Source of the DNA: Anolis carolinensis
Taxonomy: Eukaryota
Length of the DNA: 64,000 nt
Direction of reading: 5' to 3'
Assembly (NCBI RefSeq): GCF_035594765.1
Contig: NC_085841.1
Location: 11,515,636-11,579,635 of the forward strand
The notes under the pieces were generated by a model, which was given only the letters and a program-made list of their open reading frames with translations, did no database searches and was not told where the DNA came from. Below, in pieces: positions 21,539 to 35,877 of the stretch (positions within the stretch are counted from its first letter, which is position 1; every line of letters begins with the position of its first letter). A program made the position numbers and the translations under genes.

Positions 21539-24500
21539 TGAGGTCTTCAACGGCACCTTCTCGGCAAGACACAACAAGCCTTCTCTCACTTAGCTCACAT
21601 TTTTAAACACACTTGGCTTTTTGACCATGAAAAAAACCCTCAGTTTTTTCAATGTATACCTTTTAAAAATCCTAATATGTTAAAGCAGTCGGTACAGATT
21701 ACTCTAAAATATTACAAAGTTGAGGTAAACATATTCATTTCTCTCTCAGTTTTAAGCAACAGAAATTCCCTCCTTGTTTTACAGACAAATAACAGGAAAA
21801 GCACACACAGTATGGTTATTCCCATGAACAATAGTTGCATGGCAGAGAAGCAATCTGGGATTTCCCATCATCAATTGTACTTTTAAACTCTGGGGAGGTT
21901 TCTCTCCATGAAAACAGGGGCACAATTCTGCACTGCTGTCTCTCGTTAGCAAGGAATCAATCCAGACAAAAATGCACCAACAAAACTATTAATAAGATAT
22001 ATTGATTGATTACAACAGTCTTCCGCAGCCTGATGCCCTTCTGCTGTGTTGGACTACAACTCCCATGGACCATGCCCATGCTGGCTGGGAATGATGGGAC
22101 TTTAAGCCAACACATCTAGAGGGTAGAAATCCTCTGTTTGATAATATGACATTTCCGTCACTCTCATACTACAAGCATGAGAGGGTGTATTCAGTGAAGC
22201 GTATGGTAGAGGACCAGGAGTGAAGCTACTCTGTGGAAATAATGCAGTTTGACATCACTATAACTGCCAGGGCTCAGTGGTTTGGAATTGTAGTTTTACA
22301 AGGTTTTAGCCTTCTTTGCCAAAGAGTGATGGTGCTTCAACAAACTATAAGTCCCAGGACGACATAGCATTGAGCAATGGTAATTAAAACAGTCAAAATG
22401 AATTATTTCTAAGAATGTAAAAGGACCCTAGGTTTGCTAACCCAACTGGCATTGTATTATGAAATTTTATCAAAAGATCTCTGGCACAGACACACAAAAG
22501 GCAATTCTTATTTTTCTTGTTATATTGTCTTTATCTGTAAAATATTTAAGCAAGTTAAACCATAATGACCGAAATATAAATTTAAAATTTTTAAAGTTTT
22601 GCAAACTTTAAATAACGAGACTGAAAGAAATGTATTTGATTTATCTCACCTTTTCCCCCAGCACAAGGTCCATCTTTTAAAAAACACTGTACACTTAAAA
22701 ATAGCTCAATACAAAAATTAGAAATACAATTAAACTAAGCTCTGATTTAAAATGCAAGTTAAAGAAGCCAAGTTAAAACAGCATTTAAAAATATTCAGAC
22801 AGACCAAAATAGAAATTCTCTATCTTGAAGAACATCCAGGTTTTAACTTGGTGCCTAAAGGAGCAAAGGCACCAAGCAGGCCTCCAAGATGCAGGGCAAT
22901 CCAGTTACACAGCTGAGAAGGCCCTCTCCTGTCTCCCAACACAGTGCATTGTCATCAATGGTAAGACACAGGCCCCATCTACACTGTTATATGATGCAGT
23001 GTAGACTCATATCATGAAGTTCAGTTACATTATATGAGTCTATACCATATAATGCAGTTTCAAACTGCAGTATATGACTGTGAAGATGGGGCCACTTGGG
23101 ATCTCCCTCACCAGCAGACCTTAATCATCAATAGTTGAGACACTTCCTCAAATATTGCAGTCCCAAACTATTTAGGGCTTTAAATGCAATCACAACAGAA
23201 GCATAATGGTAGCCAATACAATTTCTTAGAAACTGGTACCATAGGCTACTTGCCCTACATACTCATTTATAAATCTAGAAAGTGGATTCCCTAAAAACTA
23301 GGTCCATTTATCCATGGGTCAGTGGGTGTATTGTATCCTAATGCTTATCAAATAGGAAACATCACCTTCTCTTGCCATAAGTGAGCTGCCTTGAGTCCCC
23401 TTCGGGGTAGAGAAAGGTGGGGTAGAAATAAGGTAAATAAATAAGTAATACATTCTCTGAGTAGACGGGCAAAAGGTTAGAGATTAGTCTGTCCCAGAAG
23501 AACCCCAAGAAAGCACCAACCCTCTCTACTTTCTTCTCCATGGCCTCTTTCAATGTCTGGATGGGGAAATGGTGGTAGCTGCCAGAGGCATCTGAACCCA
23601 AGTCAGCATTGGCAATCTCCTGTCTTTGTGAAATGATCCTTGACTTATCCATAGGTCATATCAAAATACATAATTTTGGCCCCCAGCATACTATCAACTT
23701 ATACATGAGGTCAACCTGTATAGGAGTATGTACAGTGTAAGGTCTTCCAGTCAACAGTCAAGCTGATGCAATTGAGATGTTGAGTCTTCAAGGGCAGACT
23801 CAACTTCTCAAAAGTCTGTTCCTCTCAATCCCTTTCTCCCCATACATGAGCAGACCCCACACTTTGCTCTGGTATGATGAAAGAGCAGACGTTCTTACAT
23901 GTTCTCTCTCTATTAACTGCTACTGGATTATGAAAGGGCTTTCTATCTAGCAGGATGCCGTCTTATCCCCTTGGGTGTCGTTTGTATCCTCACGCTGGCT
24001 TCCACTGTGTCCTACATCCAAAAGCTCAGTTCCTTCCATAAAAGCAAGTGAAACCATAGTCTTTTAAAATAGTTGTCATTCTGCTTCAGTTTCTTGAGTC
24101 ATGATTACAACGGTGAAAAAAATGAAAAAATGTTTCCTTCTCATGCTTGTTTCCTCCATCTCGAGGACCAATTATGGTTGTCCTCCTAGTACCCCCCACT
24201 CACACTCACACACACACATTAAAAAAAAAAAGTTAGATGAAATAACCCATTTGGTGCAACAGAGAAGAGCTACAACTAGCCCCTTGAGAAAAGTTGTCAG
24301 AATGATAATGGCCCATTCCTTTCTCATACACAGAGTATGCAATGTGATACCAAGAAAAATGCACATAAGTCATTCAGATTTCTCAAGCTGATGTACTGTA
24401 AACAGAATTTCAGAAGAAAGAAGGGAGATTGCAAAGAGACTAATCTTCTCCACTTCTGTAACTTTTGTAAAGTTGTTTTTTCTAATCTCCCAAATTTCAT

Positions 24501-26459
24501 TTTATTAGTAACTTAAATCCAACAATTAAAATTCTCCTAAATTCCAGGCCCACAGAACCCATTTTTCTTTGTGGTTCTAAATGTAAACTCACATATTCAA
24601 GATATTTTGGAAGTTGGGAGGTCATTTTCTGCATTCTTCATGCTCTAGCAGTGAGAAAAAACGTTGTATTTTTTAAGTTAGTTACATCTAACTAGAACTC
24701 CTAATGGAAAGAAGTTACCTTTGGAGACCTGATTGGTACCAACACATTTAGATGCCAAGTTAAAACATGGCCTTTGCATCTCATCCAAAATGTTCATCAT
24801 TCTAAATATTTTTAAATCACAGTACTGCAGCCAAATAAGTTGTAATGTATTTAAAACCTTGGCATTATATTAAATGTCATTTGACCAGTAACTGGCCACT
24901 TGGAATGCCTCTAGTGTTGCTATAAGAAGGTCCTCTACTGAGCCAAAGAAGTGAGTCTATAGCATTTGGAATTGTGGGAATTGAAGTCCAAAACATCTGG
25001 ACTGCCAAATTTTCCCCATGGTTGCACTATACCATACTAGTTAAGGAAAATGTTTATTGCTCCCTTGATTCACTATTGTCCTTCTATATATTATGGAAGT
25101 CACACAAAAAAGTATTCAAGGTACCAAAAAGTTAAAGTGGATTCAGAGAGGCAAAGGAATGATTAAGAATATCTTTAGATAACTAAGCTATTTAAATACC
25201 AAGCACAAATATGAAGTGTGTGTTATTATCAGCCCTTCTTTTATTCCAATTTGCTATTTTGAATAAAATCTGCCTAGCATTCATTAAAAAAAATAAGCAA
25301 AAAGAAAGTTATGTTTCTATAGACGTGTTTCTGTCAGGATCCCATAGTTTTCTGACAGGTGATTCCATTACATTTTTCCCTGCATTTCTTCTCACTATGA
25401 GGACATAACATTTTTATATTATTTTAACAGAAATACTGACAAATAGTAATGTTGATGTGAATACGGGGCGGATAAAAGTGTAGAAACGGCATTACTGAAA
25501 TTTCTCATCAATTCCAAAGGAGATAAATTTGAGTGCTGTGTTTGAGAGAAGGGGGAAAGGAACATGTTGCTTCATTTTTAAGATGCCATAAACAAAGTGA
25601 GAATTCTGATAATTTCATGTCTGAAAAGTCCAGTGTTTCCCTTCTATAATCTGTCACTTTTACAGTCCTATATTTTTACCAACAAGAAGGCCAACTCTTA
25701 CTTAAAATCCCGTTATGCTCAATTTCTCCGTTGACAAAATGTTCCCAAATAGAGCCATGGAAAGGAGGGATTTGCTCATTCTTCCATCAACATTTAAATC
25801 AAAATAAATAATTTTGTGTGGTGGGAGCAATCTGGCAGGATAAAGTACATGCTAAGTACATTTCTATATATATTTTAAAGTTGCACAATTTATAGCTGCC
25901 GTCTATCCTTATCACATCAAGGTATTACTATCTAGCTTTGCAGAAGCACAACTACATACAATAAACCTTTATTACAGTCATAGCCTGTTCATGTCGGCTG
26001 CGTAAGAGCCCAGACTGTAGAGTTCGGGGAAAGTTACTTTTGGGACTATCATTCCCAGAAGTCCCCAGACATGCTGACTTGGAGATTCTGGGATTTGCAA
26101 TCCATACACTAGGCAATAGAATGGGAGATGAAGATGCAAAGGCACAGTGGCTGAAAAAATTGGAGTTTATGGGAAGATTGTACACTCTTTTCATTTTGCA
26201 CATGTAAAGATACTTATCAAAAGAATAAATAATAAGTTTTAAACTCTCATTTCCTAAAGCTGTTAACAAGAAGAGCAACAAATAAAAAACTTCAGGGTGA
26301 TCAAATAACCTTGGGAGATCTCAACGAACATTTCGTAGGATTGGAAGTATTATGACTGAAAAAAGGGGGGGGGAACTGGTAAATTTCCAAAATGCCATAC
26401 ACTTACATTTACTTTGGTTTGAATACTCTTCTTCTAAGACTTTATCTGTGTTTCTTTTT

Positions 26460-26708
26460 ATATCGTGTTAGAAGTGACTTGGGAACATATTGCACGCCGC
26501 TTCTGGTGTGAGAGAATCGGTCATCTACAAAGACGTTGCCCAGGGGATACCCAGATGTGTTACCATCCTGTGGGAAGCCTTTTCTCATATCCCCAGATGG
26601 GAATCAAGAGCTGACAGATGGTAACTCACTCTGTCTCGCAGATTCGAACCAGCGACCTTCAGGTCAGCAGTTCAGCCAGCACAAGTGTTTAACCCATTGC
26701 GCCACTGC
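26460..26708 (-). mobile_element. tRNA-derived SINE with Sauria-like head and a different tail
   Basis: Same family as 27875-28110 (-) and 38077-38365 (+). Head GGTGGCGCAATGGGTTAAAC...GGTTCGAATC, tail CTCAAGTCGC..TGACACG(A)n. Confidence 0.75.
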
Positions 26709-27202
26709 TGTTCTGTGTAATTTCAACTGTTTGAGTTACACCTTTGGATTTGGTTTCTCTCTGCCAAGCATGGACCACAAATTGCGCAATCTGTTTTCAG
26801 TGAGATGCTGCAGCAGCCTGCTTATGTATCATAGAACCACAGTTGTAGGTTCCCACAAAAGCCGTCTAAACCAACCTTCTGCCTGTGCAAATATTCTCCA
26901 CTAAAGTACTCCCGAGAGGTGGTCAACTAAAACCCCTAATGAAGATGAGTCTGAAACAGTTTCTACCATCAAGAAGTTCTTCCTACAGCCTCGTTGGCAC
27001 CTCTTTTCTTATACTTTGAACACACTGATTTTGGTACTTTCTTTTGGTAATCCAACAATGCAATCTTGAATGAGACAGGACTGCAACATTTGGAAGTTCA
27101 TGGGTTCCTCACCCCTATTTTGGGGCATCGTTAATTAAATCGCCACACATCTTTACAGTTATACTCCAAATATAAAAATGACTGAGCTCTTTTGCACAAG
27201 GG

Positions 27203-27336
27203 CAGTGGTTCTCAACCTGTGGGTCCCTAGATGTTTTAACTTTCAACCCTCAGAAACCCTAACAGCTGATAAAATGGCTGGGAATTCTGGGAGTTAAGGC
27301 CAAAACACCTTGGGACCCACAGGTTGAGAACCACTA
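27203..27336. mobile_element. hAT MITE with SPIN-like TIRs
   Basis: CAGTGGTTCTCAACCTGTGGGTCCC ... GGGACCCACAGGTTGAGAACCACT with an imperfect 8-bp TSD. Confidence 0.8.
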
Positions 27337-27874
27337 CACTAAGGGGTAGGTGGAGAGTGGGAATTAAAAACTCCTCCTCATTAAAAGTATTTAGGTAACA
27401 ACATTCTTAAACAGATATCAGTACACAATGTTTCTGATGCCACCAAAAAAATAAAAATAAAGATGCTAATTATTTCTTCTTTGGGTTTACTCAGATTACA
27501 CCTGCACTATTGTAAGAAAAACTACATTTTCTAACGTGAGAACAAAACTGGAGCAATGTGTACAAAATAGCGCCACTAGCCTAAAATTGTAGCATGTCTA
27601 GCACCACCTTTTGTGGGTGTTTATTGATTTTTCTTGCAAAGAAAAAGCAAGGAGACACAAGGAAAGAAACTTCATGCAAATGTTTTCACTCCCTTCCTAG
27701 AGTACAGTATATTAAGATTGGCTTTGAATAGCATTTTTTCAGTCATGCAAAGGAGAACAAGAGATGATGACACAGAGAGGAGGCTGGAAATGGCTTCTGG
27801 TGTTACAAACAGGCTTCCAGGGACAGCCGTAACATATCGCAACAAAACTGTGGTCAAGCACAGCCAATCTGCTT

Positions 27875-28110
27875 TTGTGTGTGAGGAGCAACTTGAGAAA
27901 CTGCAAGTCGCTCCTGGTGTGAGATAATTGGCTATCTGCAAGGACATTGCCCAGGGGCACCCAGATGTTTTGATGTTTTTACCATCCTTGCGGGAGGCTT
28001 CTCTCATGTCCCCGCTGGAGCTGATAGAGGGAACTCATCCGTGCTCTCCCTGGGTTGGATTCAAACCAGCAACCCAACCTTCAAGTCATCAGTCCTGCCG
28101 GCACGAGGGC
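27875..28110 (-). mobile_element. SINE, same family as 26460-26708
   Basis: Shared sequence gcaacttgagaaactgcaagtcgctcctggtgtgag...gcccaggggcacccagatg. Confidence 0.75.
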
Positions 28111-31100
28111 TGCAATCTGCAAAGGTCCATCCATACTATGGGACAGAACTAGACATCTTGCAAGGAAGAGAAGGGTTCTTCTTTTCAAGGGAACCCAAGC
28201 AATGCTAGTGCCCGTGAGGAGCTCCACTTTCATGCATAACAACTGGACCCCAACATTTCAACTGTAGCTCATGAAGAATCCATAGTTGCTTAGACTCCAG
28301 ATCAGACTAAAGGAGCTCTAATCTCCACTCCCCAGGTTCAGAGAAGATCAGCAAGAATGTATGTAAGAGGTTCACCAAATGTCCACATTGCTGGTGATAC
28401 AATCATTCTTAAGAAACATCCTGGGAAAGGCAAGCCTGTGATCAAGGCCTATCAGACTTGAAGTCAATTGCCTCTCTCTAATAAAGAATCGAAATATAAG
28501 TCCAAAACTTTGATTAAGAACATCATTTCGCCATATTGTCTTATGCAGATCTTTTGTACTGTCGAAACATATGCTAATATCTTGATTTTGTAGTTGTTGT
28601 TGTTTTTAAATTGTATTTTTATTGTGTAAACAGTTCAGATCTGCATCTTTCAAAACAGCACCCTGATAAATAAATATTGTTCAGTATGCTTTTCCTTATA
28701 GATTGCATATAGCCAAGTTGGCAGTTTTGGGTTTGTTAGCCAGCTGTTTTGGTCTAATCTGCTACTGTTTTATATTCTTTGCTTTCTTTCGGCAACTTAT
28801 GTGTGGGTTTGCATTTTATTTAGTATCATCATTTTGGAAAGTCAGTCAAATCATCAATACAATTTTCTCTCTGTCTTGCTTTTTAATGCAAAGGTTTTTC
28901 AACAGAGCTTAACTGTATGGGTGATGTAGTTATATTTCAACAATAACTTTTTGTTTACATTCTTTTACTTTATATAGGTTTGTTTCTGTTTTAATTTTGG
29001 TATGCTACCTTGAGTCTGGGTATTTAGAAAAAGGTGAGGAGGGAAGGAAGGAATGGGCAAACATATTCACCACAAGAGCAGCCAAATGCCATCGGCTTCC
29101 ATAGCCCTGTGTCCATTTGCATGCAAGTCTGCCTACTATTCACTACATCACAATAGTTTCTCCTATACATTCTTAAACCCTGTGTTTGGAAATGCCCTCT
29201 TACCCCTGCTAAGTCATTGAATGAATGTGCTCCAGCATGGGTTTTTCAAATTAATAAAGCATACTGAGATGTTGGTTTCCAGCTCTCTTAGAAAAGGAGC
29301 AAATCTGTTAGCATCAGCTATGTAATTTACTTGTTAGAAGGAACGGGAGAGAAGACAGCGGCTGAACTCTCCTTGCCTCCCCCAAACCCATCCTGGTATA
29401 CACATATTGGAACAAATTTAATTCACACAGTTCATATTCCTCTTATGTTCATCAATGATGGCAAATTAAAACTGGTCTTATGCACTCGGTGCGCAAGGCC
29501 CAGAGTATTTAAAAGAAGCTCGATATGTTAAGCGCAGTATATCTCCAGAGAAATTAGGTATTGACTGCATGCCTCAGTGAGTAGAAAATCTACAAAAATC
29601 CATACCCTGCATTGATCCAAATATTACTTTTTAACACTACTAACAATGTAACAAATTTTTAAGATGTATGCCCAATGCAGGTATAATTCTCTTTAATTAT
29701 CAAGGAACAAGCAGGAAAAGCAACACTATTTATACGATGCATCTTTTTGAAAATGAATAAATGTCCAATAAGAACTTGGTTGGATTCCAGGATAAAAACA
29801 AGCCAACAGCACCATTGGTCTTCAGCACAAGGAATTTAATTTGGAGGAATCAGAGCCATACATGCTAAATGTTTATTACTCATACAACATTTTTATAGCT
29901 TTACAGCTATTTTATCACGTTTGTCACAAGGCAAGTCGTAATTCCGTTTAAAGACCGTAGAAACTCAATTATATATGTGAGGCAGAGAGATTTCCTTTCC
30001 TGTTTTAGGAATAGAGGGTAGCAAAGAATTATGACGAGCTGATCTAATGATCCATGCATCCCAACATTATTTGTACTGGCTGGGCAACATGGAGCCTATA
30101 AAGTGCATGGTTGCAGGACATTTGTGGCCCCTGAAACCCACATTTTTCATTTCCCCAATCCTTTGGTAATCATGGAAAGCCCTCAAGTCCTCCCAGCTTC
30201 TTTTAAAGTCCTTGCACAATTTTCCAGCTGAAACTGGTGAAAACTTGTGCACATTGAAGCTTTTTTCCATATTTTTTTTGCTAAAAACTGCAATGAGAAG
30301 TGCTGTGAAATCACTTCAAATTCATACTGCAATGTAGTTGCCCAACTTTGTTCTAAGTAAAGCTTTTAGCGTTCTGTTTTGATATTATGAGGGCAAGTCA
30401 CACACTCTCACCCCCAGAAAACCTCATGAGGGTCACCATATACCAGCAATGTTTTGAAGGAACAAAACAACAACAACAACAACAGGAAGAGGAGGAGGAG
30501 GAAAAGGAGGAGGAAAAGCAGAATACTACAATTTTTGCTCATGTATAGGGTGACCTCATGCATAAGTTAAGGGCTGGTTTTTGGGGCCAAAATTATGGAT
30601 TTGCAATGTTTTATGGAAAAGTTGAATCCATAATGGCCCTGTGTTTGCACAACTTGAGCAAGGATGTCGATCACAGGATGACTTTGTAGTTTCTCATTTG
30701 TATTGTTGCCATAAGTCAAAGTCAACGGAAGTTAAAAAGCAAAACTACTCCCTGGAGAAAAGACATTTGGAAGAGGCCAGAAAATCAACAGCATCCTCTT
30801 GAAGATTGAAGTTAAAAACCTCACTAAATTGCAACTACATTTATAATGAATTTCCAGGTTCATTTATAATTGCATAAGAACAACTGGACTGAAAAAGAAC
30901 TTCAAATCATGAGGATTAGACCCTCATCCATTACAGCAGTGTTTCCTGGATCTAGACACTGTCCCATTATATAAAGAAACTCCTCTTAAGGGGTCAAACT
31001 ATCTCAAACAAATGAACAAAGGTGGTCACAAAGTCTTTGGTTTTCCAATGTGTTATTCCAAGAAAAAGAAGCTTTGTGTACAGAAAAGAAGGAAATTGCA

Positions 31101-31427
31101 GTGCAGGAATTTATTTATTATATTAAAACACCATCATTTAGGACATAAGGAGCATACAACTCTTTAGTAAAAGAGTTGACCCATCAGTGGAGATGCTGGA
31201 TTTATTACCTCATTCTTATTTAGTAATGATGGTATTATAATATATCCTGTGTTTTAATTTGTAATTGAGTTATTTAATTGTTTATTCTATTTGACTGCAG
31301 TGGTGATACTGTTTTAATTATTAATGCTTGTTTTAACTTGTTATGTTCTGTTTCCTTTGGGCTTGGCCTCATGTTAGCCGCCCCAAGTCCCTTCGGGGAG
31401 ATGGTGGTGGGATAGAAAAATAAAGTA

Positions 31428-32077
31428 CTATATACTCGAGTATAAGCCTAGTTTTTCAGCCCTTTTTTAAAGGCTGAAAAAGCCCCCCTCAGCCAGGGTG
31501 AGGATCCTGGTTGGCTTATATTTGGGTCAGCTTATACTCGAGAATATATGGTACATTTATTATTTTCCCCTATTATTATCGGTATTATTATCGGTATTAT
31601 TACATTTATTATTTTTCTCTATTATTGTTGCTACTATTACATTTATTTTACTCTATTTTTATTATTATTGATACATTTATTATTTCACTCTGATCTTATT
31701 ATTATTATTACATTTACTATTTTACTCTATTTATTATTACATGTATTACTTTCCTGTATTTATTATTATTATTATTACAGGTATTATTTTACTCTATTAT
31801 TAAAATGATACATAAGCACATTTACATTGAAGAAGATGAGAATAATGATTTAATCAGAGTTGGACAGTCTTATCTTAAATTTGAGCTTTATGTAAATATT
31901 CAAAAACATTTAACCTACTGATGCCTCAATTAATGTAATTTTATTGGTATCCATTTTTATTTCTGAAATTTACCACTCTCGGCTTATACTTGAGTCAACG
32001 TTTTCCCAGTTTTTGTGTGTGGTAAAATTAGGTGCCTCGGCTTATATTCGGGTTGGCTTATACTCGAGTATATACGG
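31428..32077. mobile_element. Tc2/mariner-type MITE (TIR CCGTATATACTCGAGTATAAGCC) inserted in a LINE tail
   Basis: TIRs with TA flanks. Splits the AATAAAG/(TAT)n tail of the preceding LINE 3' end (~31200-31425). Confidence 0.8.
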
Positions 32078-33127
32078 TATTATTATTATTATTAAATCTA
32101 GAAGCCATAACTTTGATACAGAGCTTACCCTCTATTATTTGACATACAGCAAGATTAATACACAGTAGTACATATTCTGCCAACTCAATTTCCTTTGCCA
32201 AAAATGATCACACAGGAGAAAACATAAGGACATTGTATAAAGGTGCTCACTCTGTACGATCCGGTTTTATTCCAAAATTTGTTATTTAGCCCTATTATAA
32301 TACCAACAATACACCACCAAGACCTCAAATGCCACCAAAGTAGTCGCTGTGGTTCCCCATTTTTCATCCAGAAATCTCTACATAAAATATCTAGCAGGTA
32401 CGTTTCACAGAGCACAGCTTGCCAGTCAGCAGCTAAACAACTTACAGCCTCAGTGGACATAACAGATTTCCATCCTCCTTATCCCATTGTACGGGTCAGG
32501 AACTGCTTCCCCATTACGGCCCCTTTACTCCAAAATGCTTCCGGCAGGTCAAGCAGTGCAATTGTCTCAGTGCCAGAGAGGCGCAAGAGTCTCATTTCAT
32601 TTTTTCCTAATGACCAACGTTAAATGACTGCAGGTCTTAGCAGTGCTGGCAAATTATCAAAGCCCTCTACATTACATGGTCAATGGTCCTTTTAATAGAA
32701 AAAGCAATAATATATAGTTGTTTGCGCCAAGTAAAACTCGTTAAAAAGTATTAGTTTAAGATAACAGTTCAAGCAGCCATTAGCGATCACAAATGTTTGC
32801 AGAGGCCACAGACGCTGCTGTAAGCGGGTAGCAGGAGCTGAGGAGGAGGAAAGAGGCAGGCCGAAAGATTAATGCAGAACAACAAATAAACCTTTCTTTT
32901 AAGGCACTGCATATATTAACATATTCACCAGTGAACATGATAGTTTAAGCAGCATTTGAAGAAGAAAAGCTTGGAATACAGACCTTAAATTCCTAGCCAA
33001 TAGTGTTAATGACCCCAATGGCTTAGAAAAGATGAGATATAAACAATGGATGGAAGGCTATTCATCTCAAGCTATCAGATATAAGGGACTAGTCAGTCTT
33101 TTTCCCCATGAAAAATCCTACACTCTT

Positions 33128-33503
33128 AAGAGTTGAAAGGGACCACAAGAGCTATCTAGTCCATCCAGGAATATACACAAAAGCATACCTGCAAGATCCC
33201 TATCCAACCGCTTTTTAAACACTTCCAAATCAGTCTTTTCAACAACTTTTACAGTAAAGATGTTTCTCCTAATTGGATTTTCCTACCATTTGAATCCACT
33301 GGTTCATGTTTTGAAGGAACAGAAAACAAGCTGGCTTGATCTTCTACATGCCATCCCTTCAGATATTTAAAGATGTGATCACATCAACTCTCATTCATTT
33401 CTTTTCCAAGCTAAACATGGCCAGCTTCCTAAGTCATTCTTCATAAGCATTGGTTTCTAGAACTTTGATCATCTTGGTCACCCTTCCCTAGACACATCCA
33501 ATA
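33128..33503 (-). mobile_element. CR1-type LINE 3' fragment
   Basis: agagttgaaagggaccacaag...atctagtcca...ttccaagctaaacatggccagc is the reverse complement of a typical CR1 3' end. Other CR1 pieces at ~38005-38070, ~49885-50055 and ~55195-55365. Confidence 0.65.
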
Positions 33504-33994
33504 CCTTCTCGATTTTTACCAAGGTACCTGTAACCAGGACCATATCGGGGGGTGGGGGGGTTCGGCACCAGTCATGGACTATCACTTTGACTAGAACTGG
33601 TCTTAAGAACTCAGTTAAGGGCTTTACAGAAAAGGTGGATTTTGAGAGGGACCTCAAAAGGAAGAGAAAGAACATCATGGAGGAAGGAGACAGGGTAGCG
33701 AAGAATTTTAGCAAGCACTCCAAAGGTCCATAAATGAATAAATTGTCTCAAGTTATACAAAATTCAAAGTTTGGCAATGATACACACAACACACACACAG
33801 GCATAACATGGGAATTGACTTTGTGTCTTGCTGACATAGCAACTAAGAAAGTTGTGTCACATTGACCACTATTGACGGCTAGCAGTTCAGCCACTGAAGG
33901 GAGGGGCATACACACCATGCCATATATTTCCAATATTGACCTTCCCTCCTTTTCCATGGCTCCTTGGGTTGGCTATTGAATTTGGACTGCAGTG

Positions 33995-34214
33995 NNNNNN
34001 NNNNNNNNNNNNNNNNNNNNNNNNNNNNNNNNNNNNNNNNNNNNNNNNNNNNNNNNNNNNNNNNNNNNNNNNNNNNNNNNNNNNNNNNNNNNNNNNNNNN
34101 NNNNNNNNNNNNNNNNNNNNNNNNNNNNNNNNNNNNNNNNNNNNNNNNNNNNNNNNNNNNNNNNNNNNNNNNNNNNNNNNNNNNNNNNNNNNNNNNNNNN
34201 NNNNNNNNNNNNNN
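33995..34214. other. Assembly gap (220 N)
   Basis: Run of N. Confidence 1.
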
Positions 34215-35877
34215 GGGGGGGGATATCAAGGTTTCTTTTTCTTTTCTTTTTCTTTTTGAAGTTAACTCTTTCTATACTTTACAAATGAATAAGAAAGGAC
34301 AAGAAGCTGAAATGATATCATATAAAACCAGGGTAAAGTCATCTATGATCAAAGAAGAAAAGAGCTGAGAAGAGGTTCAAGTTACCACAGACAGTGATGA
34401 TTCCACTTTAACTGCCTACGGCAACATCCTATGGAATTCTGGGTACTTTGTCATTTGGAAAAGCACTAAAGCTCTCCAACCTAAAACTCTAATTACACCT
34501 CCCCTAAACTGCAAATCCCAGGACTCTAGTGAGATCTGAGATACACAGATTTGCTTACATGCACTTAACCATAGGCTCTACTCAATACTTAAAGATTCTG
34601 CTCTGTCTCGCATCTCAACCCAAAGTTGGTAGCAAAATAAGCACAGCAGGGCCTTTTCAGTTATTGCACCCTGTTGAATATCCACATCAGAAAAATCTAT
34701 CTAGCACAATGTTGCATATTCTCCAACACAAAACAAAACTCTGACTTATGCACATGCTTTGATTTGTTTACAAAACAGTGTGACTTACAAACTAACCAGC
34801 ATCTTTATGTTTGAAGTTGATCACTTGTTTTCTAGTTGATTCTTTTTTTATGTCATTATAGTAAATACTTTGGCCAGCTAAGTTTCAACAGATCCCTATC
34901 CTTGACCTATTTCAGTTCCTTGCTCTGACCAGCCAGCCTCATAAAGCTTCCCCAATGTTTTTTTTTTTTTTTTTTGCAAAAACCTTGCGTTGCACGATAA
35001 TGCTTGAGGGTTAGTGATGACATTCAGCACAGTTCACCAGACAGACAGGGCAATTTCCTCCATGCTGCTGCAAAAGGTCAGAAGTGTATATTTACCTATT
35101 AAAGTGTTCAGTATTAATGTACGGATATTATTTGTGAGGATACTATTTGCATGAAGCTTTAGAATTCACCTCATTGACTTTCAGAACCACATCCTTACTC
35201 ATGACTTTGCTTTGCACTGCATACTACAATACAAAAACCCACACTCACAAAAAGAAAACAATGTTTCATCTACTATGAGAATAATAATAGACTTGGAACG
35301 AACCCCAAGGACCACTGAATACAATACCCTACTCAATGTAGAGCCTTCAGCCAAAGCTTTTGCAGCATGTGTGTTCTAGAAGTGAAAACCCTGTTCCCCT
35401 GTTGTCAATCTGCTGTAGGAATAACGAGAAGACTCGTGTGTTCCTACATGAGAAATCTTAGTTGTGAAATCCATCAAAACAACATACAGTACTTGTTGTT
35501 AGAATCGTACAGTTGTAAGAAACTATCACAGCCATCTAGTCCAATTATGTGACTTCAAGTCATTTCCAAACCTATCATGGGTTTGGCAGGATCTGTTTAG
35601 AGGGGATTTGCCTTTGCCTCCCCCTGAGGTTGAGAGTGTGACTCGCCCAAGGTCACCCAATGGGCAAACAAAGATTTGAATCCTGAGGTTGAGTCATAGT
35701 CCAATGTTCAAGCCACTAAATTATAATGGCATTCAATTTTTAAAGATCCGATACAATAACACAATATAATTTACAATAATATATAATAATATAACATATT
35801 GTATATACATATAATATTCATAATATTATATTGTAATACGATATAATACTAATAATACAATATAATAATATTAATTA

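Noticed and set aside
33879-34368. ORFs spanning X runs
   Set aside because: They cross the N gap.
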